A DNA stretch of 64,000 bases from Octopus sinensis (GCF_006345805.1 NC_042998.1:63798001-63862000); one strand, 5' to 3'; counted from the stretch's first letter, positions 1-13,185 are shown. Numbers and translations are program-made. The notes: a model not told the origin generated them from the sequence alone.

Positions 1-205
1 GAAGTGAGACTGAAATCGGAAATACACTGCTCCGAAGTGGACACTTCATAATTAGCCCGCCACCTCTCTCTCGTTACACACACACACACTCACACACCCA
101 CACCAACACATGCACACATAAACACACACACCATCGGATGGTGACTTGCCATCATGTAGAAATATATTTACAAAAAACAAAATAATTTAAAATTTGACAT
201 ATTCA

Positions 206-723
206 ATTTCTAAATCTTTCATAGAGACTCATACAGCAGCAGCACGATAAAGTGATCGTTTGTTGCCAACTTAATGTGGGAGTCCCAGGATAAGGAAGAA
301 TGTTACTGATATTTGGCACAAGGACACATCTTTTCCAGTTGGCTATGTGACACAAGAGTTCTGTGTCCTTATGTTTTCAAAGAGGGGAGATAAGCACATC
401 CACCCAGCAAAACTAGTTTCAGAGTCATTGCTCTTCATCAGTCTGGAGTAGCTTGGCTTGCTAGCTGCCGATGCTTATTCACCTATGAAAGCTTATAGCA
501 TTTCAAACGAAATAAATTCACTGATCTACAAAATTAGTAATATTGCATTTCTAAATCTCTCAGAGAGACTTATACAGTAGCAGAACGATAAAGTGACGGT
601 TTTGTTGCCAATTTAACGTGGCAGTCCAAGGAAAGGGAAAAACACTACTGCTATTTAGCCCCAGGAAACATCGTTTCCAGGTGGCTACGTGGCACAAGCA
701 TTCTGTGTCCTTAAGTTTTCAAA
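206..723 (-). mobile_element. Tandem pseudo-LTR-like direct repeat (~175 bp, period ~341) flanking a hammerhead ribozyme; probable Penelope-like remnant
   Basis: 206-381 and 547-723 are diverged direct copies (atttctaaatct...ctgtgtcctta.gttttcaaa); the spacer carries a minus-strand HHR. Confidence 0.65.
402..450 (-). ncRNA. Minimal type-I hammerhead ribozyme (family A)
   Basis: Minus strand reads CCAGA CTGATGA AGAG-caatga-CTCT GAA ACTAGT T|ttgCTGG: intact core, 4-bp stem II, palindromic stem III, GUU site, bulged stem I. Confidence 0.75.
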
Positions 724-3451
724 CAGGATTATGACCTCATTTATATATATTTTTCCTACTTGAGAATTTTTTCACTTCCTATGTACACTTGTTTTACTCT
801 ACGCATGCTCTACGCATGATTGATTTTGACCATCTACAACCCACTTATCAAAACCAATGCCACTGAACATATTGACTCTTTCAACATATTTGTATACAAT
901 TTTACCTTTGGTATGTTCACCCCCCACTTCCTCCTAACGTAATCGCCCGCTGACATTCGTTGTCGCTGCATCGAGAAACCAAAGAACGAAAGAAGAAAGG
1001 AGAAAGAAGAAACACACTCAACGCCAGAGCTGAAGACACCTCCGAAAGTGGGGGGGTGCCAGGTCGAAAACGGTAGAGGGGTAGTGCCCCAAACGGGATG
1101 TGGTTCTTCCTGATGATGTCTTTAACCGCTGGATCCTATAAAGGAGCTGTTGAGGTAGCGAACCACGAAACGTGGTTGGAATTCCTACCCCATTGTTGGT
1201 ATGGTGACAGTGTCGGAAACAATGATTTGCATCTTTTTGTTCCAGTTTTTTTATGTAATGAGTTCAGTTCCTTTATGGGTCAACTTTCATCATCCTTATT
1301 TCAGCCTTGGGAAAATGTACTGAGACCGAAGTAATTGGCTGACGCCCAACATTTAATTTATATGTCTGTATCAAATTGCGTTATTCAACTCCTTTTAACA
1401 GTTTACGCACACACACATACAGACACATACACAAACGCAAACACATACACACACTCACACGTACACACATACAAGTATATGTTTGTAAGTGTACGTGTGT
1501 GTGTGCATAAACTGTTGCAGTGTGTGATTATTGCACACAAACAAAAGAATCACAAAGCGAAAATTGCAGATATAAGATTTTCTGTTTGTATATTCGTCTA
1601 GTATTACACCACTAAATACATGTACATAGTATTGAATGTCTGAATAATTCAAATATTCAAAACAAATATTTACAAACAGACGTCGGAATTGTAAATTTAA
1701 GCGAAATATATACTGTCAGGTGCATTATTACTCGTTATGTTTTTTTTCTCTCTTTGTAAAGTTTTTACGCTTGTTTAATAATATATACATATTTTTGTTT
1801 TCCTATCAGCTTTGTTATCAATATTTAATATTGCATGAAAAAAATTAAATATTTACCATGCGTCACTTTTAATCATACGTTTCATTTAAAAGTAAGTGTA
1901 ATGATTTTTTAAAATGTTTTATGCTTCATAATTCACATTTGTTTAATGAAGGCAACTTATTTAAGTTAAACTATTATGGTTTGAAAGCTGTCAATTCATA
2001 TATTTTAAATATTTTATCATCTTTAACTGACTGATAATTGAACGTTTAACATATTCTAATGCTTCCATAAATATTACATATCGCCCTCGACACCCATTAT
2101 CTACATCACCCAAACAGTAACACTTATTCTACTACTGATAACAGAAAATAATACCGACAATGAACGTGTTTTCATATACACGCCAATATAAATTTGCAAC
2201 GAAAGCCATAACTAAGCAGTTGAACTTAACTTTAAATTAGAATTAGATAGGAAACGGCTTTGTAAAATTTAATAATCAAGAGTGACAAGTCTATATATTC
2301 CCGTGGCTTTAATCTCTATAGTTTGTGTTACTTGGTTAACATTTACGTTTATTATTACTGCGTTTAAATCTGATTTGTTCAAAATATTTCCAAACAGATC
2401 GAGCAATATATTCACCTCTGATAATGAAATATATCATTTATGTATCCCCAAGTTTGATCCAAGACCAGAATACCAACAGGGAGTGAGGTGATTTAATAAC
2501 TGATTTCCATATGTAAAGCGTAGCAATTCATTATATCTTGGAATGCATTCGACTGATGCATATTGCGAAAGTAATTCAACAGCAGGTGTATTAATTTAAA
2601 TATAGGCAAACGAATAGCATTATGATTATATATGACTGTCTGCGTACGCGCGTATATATAGAGATGGATTGTATTTATATTTAACTTTATTTTATGAAGA
2701 GTATGTCTCTCCATATATGTATATATATATATATATATATATACATACATACATATCTCTTTGATTCATATTTCTTTTGATGTGGTTAACTTTTGGAATA
2801 TTAATCTGATCTCATGAGTTGAATTGTAAACTGTTAAACATTTACAGTAATCTTCAGATTAACATGTGGACAAGATGGTGAAGGGGCAATGTTGATAGAA
2901 AGTTGAATAAAATCCTGAATACTATCAGTTCAAACTCTCTGGGTTCAATTCCCACAGAGATCATGTCTATATCCTCTCCATTAAGGGAACGATAAATAAA
3001 GTACGGGTGAATTCCTGGATTTAATTATTTTCCTGGATTATCTTTCGTTATTTCTGCCTATCTCCCTATCTTACAGATTCGGTATTCATACGTCACTTGC
3101 TATAAAGATTTAGAAGTTTTGAATGGGTGAATAAGGATCTGTCATATACAACAATTCGTATGTTGTTGAAACCATTCAAAGAAGATAACTCATAAAATCA
3201 TTCTACTTCACTATCTTACCCTCTCTTATACACCTTCAACTTATATAATATGAAATACGAATTATTTTATTGCCATAAACATACTTTTCACTATTTAAAC
3301 ACTAAACTATATGTTAAAACGTAAAAATGCTACTATTGTCGTTTGTCAGCTGTATCAGCACAACACAACAACGATAGCACAACACATTGTATCACACACA
3401 CACTCACGCACACACACCCCCACGCACCCCCCATATATATATATAGAGAGA

Positions 3452-3452
3452 G

Positions 3453-3535
<83 letters not shown>

Positions 3536-3545
3536 CAGACAGATA
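3452..3545. repeat. (GATA)n microsatellite
   Basis: Directly visible. Confidence 0.95.
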
Positions 3546-3569
3546 TAGATATACAGATATAAATATAGG

Positions 3570-3832
3570 ATTATATAAATATAATTATAATTAAAGGTAC
3601 TGAGAACAGCACTAACACGCTAGAAATAGATGTCAAAATTACTCTAAAACTGCATTGTGAACTCCTTTAGCACTGTTGAAAAGCGAGGGAATGAGCAAAA
3701 ATGATTGAAAACATCTTCAGTACCCTTATTATAATTACATTTATATAATTATTTATCTATATTAATTCTCACCTATATGGTCTTTATTTCATGCTGGCAT
3801 TGATATGATCGTTATTTTTATAATGATATCAT

Positions 3833-3836
<4 letters not shown>
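3570..3836. mobile_element. Small fold-back element: ~33-bp imperfect inverted arms (3570-3603 / 3717-3749) plus tail, ending in (TA)n
   Basis: attatataaatataattataattaaaggtactga ... tcagtacccttattataattacatttatataat. Confidence 0.5.
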
Positions 3837-3883
<47 letters not shown>

Positions 3884-3904
3884 ATATTATATATATATAT
3901 ATAT

Positions 3905-3940
<36 letters not shown>

Positions 3941-3949
3941 TCTTTCTTT

Positions 3950-4305
3950 CTTTTCCTTTACTTGTTTCAGTCATTTGACTGCGAGGATACTGGAGCAACG
4001 CTTTTAGTTGAGCAAAATGTCTCCAGAACTTATTCTTTGTAAGCCTAGTACTTATTCTATCGGTCCCTTTTGCTGAGACACTTAGTTACAGGGGCGTAAA
4101 CGCAACAGCATTGGTTGTCAAGCGATGTTGGGGGTGGGGACAAACACAGGCATATACATACATATACATATATTAGATGGGCTTCTTTCAGTTTCCGTCC
4201 ACCAAATCAACTCACAAGGATTTGGTCGGCCCGAGGCTATAGAAGAAGACACTTGCCCAAAGTGTCACGCAGTGGGACTGAACCCGGAACCATGTGGCTG
4301 GTAAC
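3950..4305 (-). mobile_element. tRNA-derived SINE, family S1 (internal microsatellite)
   Basis: Reverse complement of the copies at 41284 and 52361 (ttgggcaagtgtcttct, aaagaataagt, atgactgaaacaagtaaa). Confidence 0.85.
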
Positions 4306-4331
4306 ACATGTATATATATGTATATATATAT

Positions 4332-4709
4332 ATTATATAAAAGGGCTTAGTAAAATAAATTACTTTGCCGCATACTGAACTCATTAGAAATAGCAGCTAA
4401 AAAACTTTTTTAAAGCTATTTCTAATACTTAAAGAAAATCTCTCTCATATATAGTGTTTGCTTAATTCAACTCACAAAAGTTTGGGGGTAAGGACATCGA
4501 AAAATCAAATGCTAAGGTTATAACCTTAGCATTTGATTTTTCGATGTCCTTACCCCCAAACTTTTGTGAGTTGAATTAAGCAAACACTATATATGAGAGA
4601 GATTTTCTTTAAGTATTAGAAATAGCTTTAAAAAAGTTTTTTAGCTGCTATTTCTAATGAGTTCAGTATGCGGCAAAGTAATTTATTTTACTAAGCCCTT
4701 TTATATAAT
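4332..4709. repeat. Perfect 378-bp palindrome with no spacer (centre 4520/4521)
   Basis: Arms match across ...gctaaggtta|taaccttagc...; 4341-4350 pairs with 4691-4700. Confidence 0.95.
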
Positions 4710-4803
4710 GTAATAATTTGAATTCGCCTTGAATGGTCCCTTTGCATACTGAACACTTGGTGAAATTGATTAATAATTAATTAATTTTGCCCTCAATTGT
4801 TGA

Positions 4804-4845
<42 letters not shown>

Positions 4846-4889
4846 GTACAAGCACATACACACACATGTATGTATATATATATGTATTC

Positions 4890-4922
<33 letters not shown>

Positions 4923-6896
4923 TATGTGCGTGTGTGTAGACATGAACTCTAAGCAGCGACGATTGAATTATCGTTGCCTTATTTTCGATTTAACGCGCAC
5001 ATGTACGAGAACGGGGTATGTTTAAATGATGGAGCTGTTACGTTCATCACATTAACCTCCACTACTTTCCTATTCTTCAGATATTTACTTAGATATGAAA
5101 CTATCCGTAGTAGTGTAAATGATGCAACTTTTCTAGCGACTAAGGATATTAGTTGTTTGTTACCGAGAACTTGGGTTTGACTTGAACTACATTATTGCAT
5201 TGATATTGTGCTGGTGTTGCTGACATTAACTACTTTTAATCTGCAAATAAAAATGCTTTTAGCCTTTCTATTGGATAAACGATGTAAATCTAGTATGAGG
5301 ACTAACCAGACTGTGCTTGTATAATGATCATGATGCAGGATAGTTATGTTTATAATATGCGGCGATCTGTTTATTCTTAAACATAATATTAATCTTTACC
5401 ATGTCACAATCAATAAATTATACATTTATACAACATGGATAATTGTATAACAGTGTTAACTGAACGTAGGTGGATAAAGGGTTCCTTTTCTAACGCTAAA
5501 GCTTACAGTTGTTTGCAACAATTAATATGTCTGCATCCATGAAAAGAGATTCTGAGAATTAGTAAAAAAAAAAAAAGAAAAAAAAAACGAAGACGCTACA
5601 AGTTCTTGATTTTCTCAAAATACTTGATAAAAAAATTGAACTAAAAAATTAATAAAGAGCTTTCATAGTGTCAAAATTATAAAGAATGATTCTGTTATTT
5701 AAATGCTATTTCCAGATAATAGCCATCTTGGTAAACACCTTCCTTTATTGATAGTCGATAATCTGGTAAATGTGAGATACATTTTGAAGAAGTGATATGT
5801 TTTTCAAAGTATTCGGGTAACAAAATTAAAGACTTCAGATTTACAAAATGTCGTCAACAAATGTAGCCAGATTATGCAAGACGAATGACAAGATACACAG
5901 TGTATCAGATAAAAGAAACAAGTTATTGGTCAACTATAAAAATTGCTATATGTTGATCACAAGGATGTTTTAAATGTTTGTCCTTATTTTACGGTAACGA
6001 ACACCGTCGAAGTCCACTGCTATGCCAGTAATAATTGGATAGAATAATCTGATATTAATATCTTGTATGATAATAAGGGCCTGTGAAATAAACATTTCAT
6101 TCCCGATTGTAGAGGGTTTGGTATATTGTAAAAAATACAATTTGTGATATAAGCAATTTGTTTTGGGGATGTCATGATATAGCATATTTCTAGTATTTAA
6201 CACACTTCAGACATTTCAAAAAAATACAAAGAAGATAAAGTAAAAAAAAAAACACAATAGAAGGTAAAACAAAACACACCATATATTTTAAGTTGCACAG
6301 AGTAGAATAATTTTCCCACACACATAAACACACGCACACACACACACACTCACGCACACACGTATGTATATGTACGTATCACGGATTGATGCTTTTGCAT
6401 TTAAAAATTATATTCAATGAATTTAATATCATAATTTTACCATCCAGACCAGTTCAACATATTTTTGCTTCAACATAAAATCTATCATGAGAAATAAGTT
6501 TGCTTAGTCATCAATTTTCTGAAACAAATATTTCGAGCAATACATTTACAGAAAGAAAACTCTTTTAGTGCAATTAGCAATTTTATGTCCTGAAGAAATA
6601 GTTTCGACGTCACATACAAATTAATTGATTGCGTATCTTACATCACTCAATGTTTATATGGTTGAATTTGGCTGTAATCAAACAGTAGATATTCCTGCAG
6701 AATTTTGAAATATAAGTGAAATATATTTGTTTTTACACATACTTACACAATAACATACCCCCTACACACACAAGCACAAACACACACACACACACACATA
6801 TATATGCATGCATGTCTATCTATCTATCTACCTAGACATATATGATATATATATGTGTATATACATATATATGTATATATATATACATACATACGT

Positions 6897-6991
<95 letters not shown>

Positions 6992-7148
6992 TTTGAGGGA
7001 ATAAAATCCAAACTTACAAGGAGAAAAATTCAATTAGAAATACTAAATCAAATTTCACACAAAATAATATATTTATAAAAAAATACAAAAATTCTCTAGA
7101 TGGTGTAATTTAATTGTTCATTTTGAATTGATTAAAGGTGTTTTTTTC

Positions 7149-7227
<79 letters not shown>

Positions 7228-7675
7228 GACGTCACTAACTGTTTAAACAACATGATGTACGAAAACAAACGAGATAAATACGCAAGCAACGAGAGAGAAA
7301 AATAGAAAACAGAACAAGTAACACAGAGAACGACCCTTCATCAGTTGTCTACTCCTCATTTCCAAAGATAGAAATTAAGGATTGCAGAAATCCAAGTGAA
7401 TACGCAAATATATAAGGAAAAATAATTCCTCTGTTGATCCAAATCGATCGTAATCTTGAATAATGTTATGTAACAACATCGTGTTAATTTTTTAGGTGGT
7501 TGATCTACACTCACATACACCCACGTACACTGACGTACACACATACGTATACACACATACTCACACAGGCACACACACACGCACATATATATATAGTCAT
7601 CCGTTTATGACTGTGGAACTGTATGTGTATATACTTACATATGTATGTTTATGCATGTGTGTATATTGAACGATA

Positions 7676-7830
7676 TAGTCGAGCAAAACGACCCCAGAAC
7701 TTATTCCTTGTAAGCCTAGTCCTTATTCTATCGGTCCCTTTTGCCGAACCGCTTGGTTACGGGGGCGTAAACACACCAGCATCGGTTGTCAAGCGATGTT
7801 GGTGGGGAGGAGGGACAAACACACACACCA
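7676..7830 (-). mobile_element. SINE S1, 3' part
   Basis: cttattccttgtaagcctagt...gccgaaccgct...tgtcaagcgatgttgg matches other copies. Confidence 0.8.
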
Positions 7831-8487
7831 TACACATATATTACAAGTTGTATTCGATGATCCAAGAATAACGACTCTTGAACTAAACTACACAAGTAGC
7901 AGGTTCTCTAAAAAATGTTATCAACCGATTTATTTAATGGTAAAGCAGTGATATAATCTAAATAGAAATCATATACATTTTAAACGAAAAAAGCACGTTC
8001 CATTACAGACGAACTCTACTAAGCATGCACAAAATATAGTTATCATAACAGAAATATTAATTTAATACGATAAATACTTACAACAAGCACTATAATACGA
8101 CTGCAGTAAAATGTGCTACATATTGCAATCAATTTCCAGTAATATTAAAAAATAAATTAAAAACGAGTCACTGGAATAACTGAACACAAAATGCTATTTT
8201 AGAAATAAACATGCATACATTTAATGAAAAGCCTTTACAAATTCCTTTCAATAAGTGTATAGAATATGGCACGGAATTCGATCAGACCAGGTCTTTCCAG
8301 ACAGACAACCAATACATTAACCCCGAAGCTTTCATTCATATATCAAATGTATATATTTTCCTGACATTTGTATATTTGTAAATATTAACCTTTTTCTATG
8401 TTTTTAACATGCGTGTATTTTATATTTCATACTTGAAAAGTGTTCTTCAAATAAATAGGGTTTCTAACATTTCTAATGAAAATATAG

Positions 8488-8561
<74 letters not shown>

Positions 8562-8744
8562 CTCTCTCCATTCACATCAGAAAATGACATTCAAAATAAG
8601 CGTGTGGAATTTTGTGGCAAATAGCTTCATTATTCACTTGTTATAAATGAAAAGACCTAAAGATACGTTACTCATTGAACATTCTTTCAATATGTTTCAC
8701 AAAAATCTCTCATTATATGTTATTTTCTATCACTAGTTGATGAA

Positions 8745-8797
<53 letters not shown>

Positions 8798-9469
8798 CTT
8801 GAACAACGAGGAAACGGTCAATTTAATGCGCATGTTTTATTATATTAATATGTATATTATATTAAAATGTAATAAGAAGTATTTGGCCGATAAGATTCAT
8901 ATATTAAACTAATACTTTCTTCATGATGCAGATAATTCTTTGCCAGCTTTTTTTCTCCATTCAGCCAACTTCGACCCTGAGAAAGTGTGGATAATCAAAT
9001 TCTGAAAATCATATTTTCATAAGGATTAGAGGGAAGAGGAAAGACACGGAAAAGGATTGTAAGGCATATTCTTGAATTTCAAAGGTAACAGACAGGAGAT
9101 CTAGATGTAGTCGAAGTGTCATATAATTGAATAATATCTGTAGTTTAGTTGGTCACGCTTGGGGAGCCAGCCAGACTCTGTAATACCGGTTGCTTCCGAG
9201 AGGAGCCTATGGAGGAGATGCATAAAGACTCTATCCCTAAACCCTCTAAAACATGTTTGGTGATAAGAATGGACGGACAGATGGGTGGGTGGGTGGATGG
9301 ATGCTTCTTACTTTCATTCTATAATCACTATTCCAAATCTTATTTTGTTACGTGATACTTGTCCTGTAATGAGCGGGAAAGAAACCACAATCCCTACAGC
9401 AGCATCAACATAACTTCCCACAGCTATGGGGATTAAGATGAAGTGGTGAATTTTCTAAAGGAATGAAAA

Positions 9470-9640
9470 GAAACTCGAAATATAAAATCTAAAAAGTTTT
9501 GAAAAAGTTTATGGAAGATGTTACACACCTTCCTCGAAGACGGAACATGCTCTCGTGAGGAACTCATCAGCTATGAAAGGGAGCCCATCTCTCAAACAGT
9601 GGGGTATATATAGGGTGATGCATCTGTGAAAAGGTACCGA
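9470..9640 (+). pseudogene. Possible highly degenerate piggyBac transposase fragment
   Basis: Frameshifted translation KYKI*KVLKKF...EELISY/KGSPSLKQ-WG resembles the piggyBac LYKIRP...DE.LI.FKGR..LKQ...KWG segment. Confidence 0.35.
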
Positions 9641-10013
9641 ATAGGATCACAGAGAAATCCAATTCCTAAACAGATGAAATTAATTTCGCAGAAATTCAAG
9701 GTAGGCAAATATATAGCAAAACGCAATAGGACGTGTGCAAGAACGATCCATACAAATTAATGAAGGAGCAAGCGAGATAATAAAACTACAAGACAGGCAC
9801 AGACATTTGGATATTATTCCGGGATATTTTATAATATATTCTGGAATATATGACATTACAAAATATTTTATAAATATACAAGCCAATTAATCACCGAATA
9901 TTGTCTTCATATCCTAAACTCGGAGACAAAAATAGATCTAGAATGATTCTGGTATCACCAGCGTTAAAAAGCATACACTGGAATCGGGAAGGATTTCTAA
10001 TCATGACAATGTC

Positions 10014-10145
10014 GTATGTATGTATGTATGTATGTATGTATGTATGTATGTATGTATGTATGTATGTATGTATGTATGTATGTATGTATGTATGTGTGTA
10101 TGCATACATGCATGTATGTATGAACGTATGTACGCATGTATGTAC
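10014..10145. repeat. (TATG)n microsatellite
   Basis: Directly visible. Confidence 0.95.
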
Positions 10146-10409
10146 ATCATTATTCAGTTTTATTTCAAGATTTCTTGCCAATACAGAAAGAGCCAGTCAC
10201 TAACCTAGATCCAAGGCTCATTCATTTGTATTTCAACACAGACAACAGGATATTTTTGTATGTATGTATGTATGCATGTATGTATGAATGTATGTATGTA
10301 TGAATGGATGGATGTATGGATGTATACGTACAGATTTGTATGTGTTGTTTAATGCATGTATTTACATGCATAGAACTGCATATCTAGACATGCACATACA
10401 TATATAAAT

Positions 10410-11280
10410 GGTAAACTTCTGGGATGTTTTACAGATTTTTACAGTTCCAGTGATGGATTGAATGTGTAGTCTTGGAAACAGCTTTCTACTTTCTGGCTTT
10501 GAAAAGCCTGATTTCTCAAGATTGGTATTGAGGAAGTGTTCCATATCCCAGGACCCAATAATTTTACCAGGCATATTTTGTTTACATTTTATTGAGGTTT
10601 TCACTGGGACATTTCACCAATACTCCATTTCATTGTATGCCTATACCATACTTGTAGTTGTGGCGACATTCACCCTGGGCGGGTTGAGTCGGCTTCTTCT
10701 ACCATGGAAGAAGTTTCGTGGGAATATGTGGATTTCACAAGCGGTCCCCAACAATCCCGCATGCAGAGCCATCCTGTTTGCCGCAGATTGTCCGAAGACG
10801 CAGGGACAGAACGACCGAGGAGCCGCCGGTCCCGAAACAGACACTCCGAGGATTTTCACCAGAGCCCCGTCTGCCGGGTTGTGGCCCTAATACCCACACG
10901 GTGTCAGACCAATCCGCCTTGGGTGGCCCTACCAGAAACCGAAGTTCCTGACGGCATAGCTCTGACACTACCCGTTGCCAGCGTCCCCACCACGGTGAGG
11001 AGGGGATGGGCTTTGGAGACGCACCAAAAACCATGGGTTTTTATTTCTTTGTCCTCGGTGCTATACTTTCGACGGATCTCTTTATACAGTATCCTAGCTC
11101 TAACATCATGTCTCATCGGTAGATAGCATCGCGATGACATTTTCGGACAACTGCTTATGATGTGGGTGATATCTTCTGCATCAGTTGTCACATTTTACTG
11201 CTTTCCTGCATCTCTGTCACTTTTGTGCATCAGGTTGATATTTTCTGGATTGCAAACACATCGTCTTCAAAGTGGCAGGT
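10410..11280 (-). mobile_element. Degenerate 3' end of an RLE-type (R4/Dong-like) non-LTR retrotransposon, flanked by (CATA)n and interrupted at ~10650-11030
   Basis: EDITHIISSCPKMSSRCYLPMRHD (CCHC knuckle remnant + RHD), then after the insert EYW*NVPVKTSIKCKQNMP..IIGS...RLHIQSITGTVKICKT (RLE C-terminus). Confidence 0.75.
10650..11030 (-). mobile_element. ~380-bp GC-rich non-autonomous (bipartite) RTE-like element
   Basis: Minus strand accgtggtggggacgct...gagctatgccg...tagggccacccaaggcggattggtc resembles the conserved RTE/BovB/Expander 5' UTR motif; splits the RLE reading frame; possible short TSD accat. Confidence 0.65.
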
Positions 11281-11339
11281 TGTATGTATGTATGTTTCTG
11301 TCTATGTTATTATTATTAATGTATTCACGTGTTAGTTTC

Positions 11340-11400
<61 letters not shown>

Positions 11401-11495
11401 GTTGTTGTTGTTGTTATTGTTGTTGTTGTTGGTGGTGGTGGTGATGTTGTTGTTGTTGTTGTTGTTGTTATTGTTATTATTATTATTATTATTAT
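11340..11495. repeat. (ATT)n/(GTT)n/(GGT)n compound trinucleotide array
   Basis: Directly visible. Confidence 0.95.
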
Positions 11496-11496
11496 A

Positions 11497-11590
11497 AAAG
11501 TACCAGTGGAGCACTGGGGTCGATGTAATCGACTTTCTCCCTTCCCCAAATTTCAAGTTTTGTATCTATAGTAGAAAAAATTATTATTAT
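11497..11590 (+). mobile_element. SINE S2, 3' part
   Basis: aagtaccag..gagcactggggtcgatgtaatcgact shared with other S2 copies. Confidence 0.7.
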
Positions 11591-13015
11591 TAACAGTAGC
11601 AGTAGTGACAGCAGCAGCAGTGGCAGTCGCAAGAACAGCAGTAGTAATAGTAGACACAGTAGAGTATCATCTGCATCCTCCGCTTTTGGCAATGTTAAAT
11701 CTACTTTTTCTTAGTTTTCCTTCTCCTACACGAAGTTTGTATTACCTCCAGCTTCCTTTCGATGTAATCCACTCGAACAGATTTGGGCAAATTTATCCAT
11801 GTGCGTTATTATAAAGAGGTATATATTTCAATAAAATATTCGGTTTTAGAGGTGTAACCAAAGAATAACAGAATTCATGATTTTCCTTATATAAATGTGT
11901 CCTTTTTCCTACTAACTTTTGGAAAACATTTAAATTTACTCTGCGTTTAATCACCCTGATTGATAAAGCAAATCTGATTATTGTGTTGTTGTCGAAGGAA
12001 ACTATTACACTCTTGCATTATAAAATATACTTTCAGTTGAAAGAATTCAGCAACTTCAGGCTTAAATTCTTCAGATTTGTCAGAAAATGTCTTGAACTGA
12101 CATTTATTTCCTTCCTCCTAGCTTTGCAGTCAGATATTGACGTCAATTCAATCAATTACACCTCTCTCATGTATATAATATGTCTTGCTTAATGTAAATG
12201 TTAAAAATCATTATAAATATTGTGACACAAGAATGTCATAGGAAAATATAGTTGAATTCGATTGTGTCATATTTACAAGAAGTAATTATTTTGACATTCC
12301 TATTAGGCTTTCTTTTAAATGAAAATTGTTCTTGAAGTAAAAACACTGTAATATTTTATTGCAAAGTATAAACATATTTCATGTAAGATGTTCCAACTGA
12401 AAAGTTGATTTGAAAACATTATAAATGTCTGTTTGCATTTGAGAAATAGATATGACAGTATGAATTGTTATCTATATCTGACAGTGTTTTTATGTGTCAA
12501 ATTGAACGATGTGAGTAGAATGATTTGTTGGTGAATCTGCTCATGACCCTCTTGCGTTAAAATATAATTTCTTTCCGATTATTATATGAGAAGAATATAA
12601 GGATTCACTCACTCATTTTAGAGAACCAGTTTCACTCAAGCACTGCCGACGTGTGTGGTCAGTGCAACTTTGTCATATTATGATACACGAAGATGATGAT
12701 GCTTGTGATGATGACGTATGTGTATGCGCGTTCGTGTTCGTGATTAGGATAAGTAGGTATGTGGGCGTGCTTATTTTTGAGTGTACTATTACAGATAGAT
12801 AGAAATATAATTAGGTGTCGCATGTCAGATTTAAAAAAGAGGTAATTTGATGGATTAGGATATTTTGTCGAAATATTTTTCATAAAAGGTCTTCTTCAAC
12901 GCATGTCACATATAGCATGTGTTTTACGTTGTCGCTGTCTTTCATGCTGTTACATTGTTCATAATAGCAAATATTTTCATATTATATTGTTGTGATATAT
13001 TACGTGAGTCCAGAT

Positions 13016-13016
13016 G

Positions 13017-13095
<79 letters not shown>

Positions 13096-13185
13096 GTCTG
13101 TCTGTATGTCTGTCTGTCTGTCTGTTGTATGTATGTATGTATGTATGTATGTATGTATGTATGTATGTATGTATGTATGTATGTC
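13016..13185. repeat. (TCTA)n-(TCTG)n-(TATG)n array
   Basis: Directly visible. Confidence 0.95.

Noticed and set aside
10462-11126. Overlapping 140-aa ORFs as a host gene
   Set aside because: They span the junction of two nested retroelement fragments and reflect local GC richness
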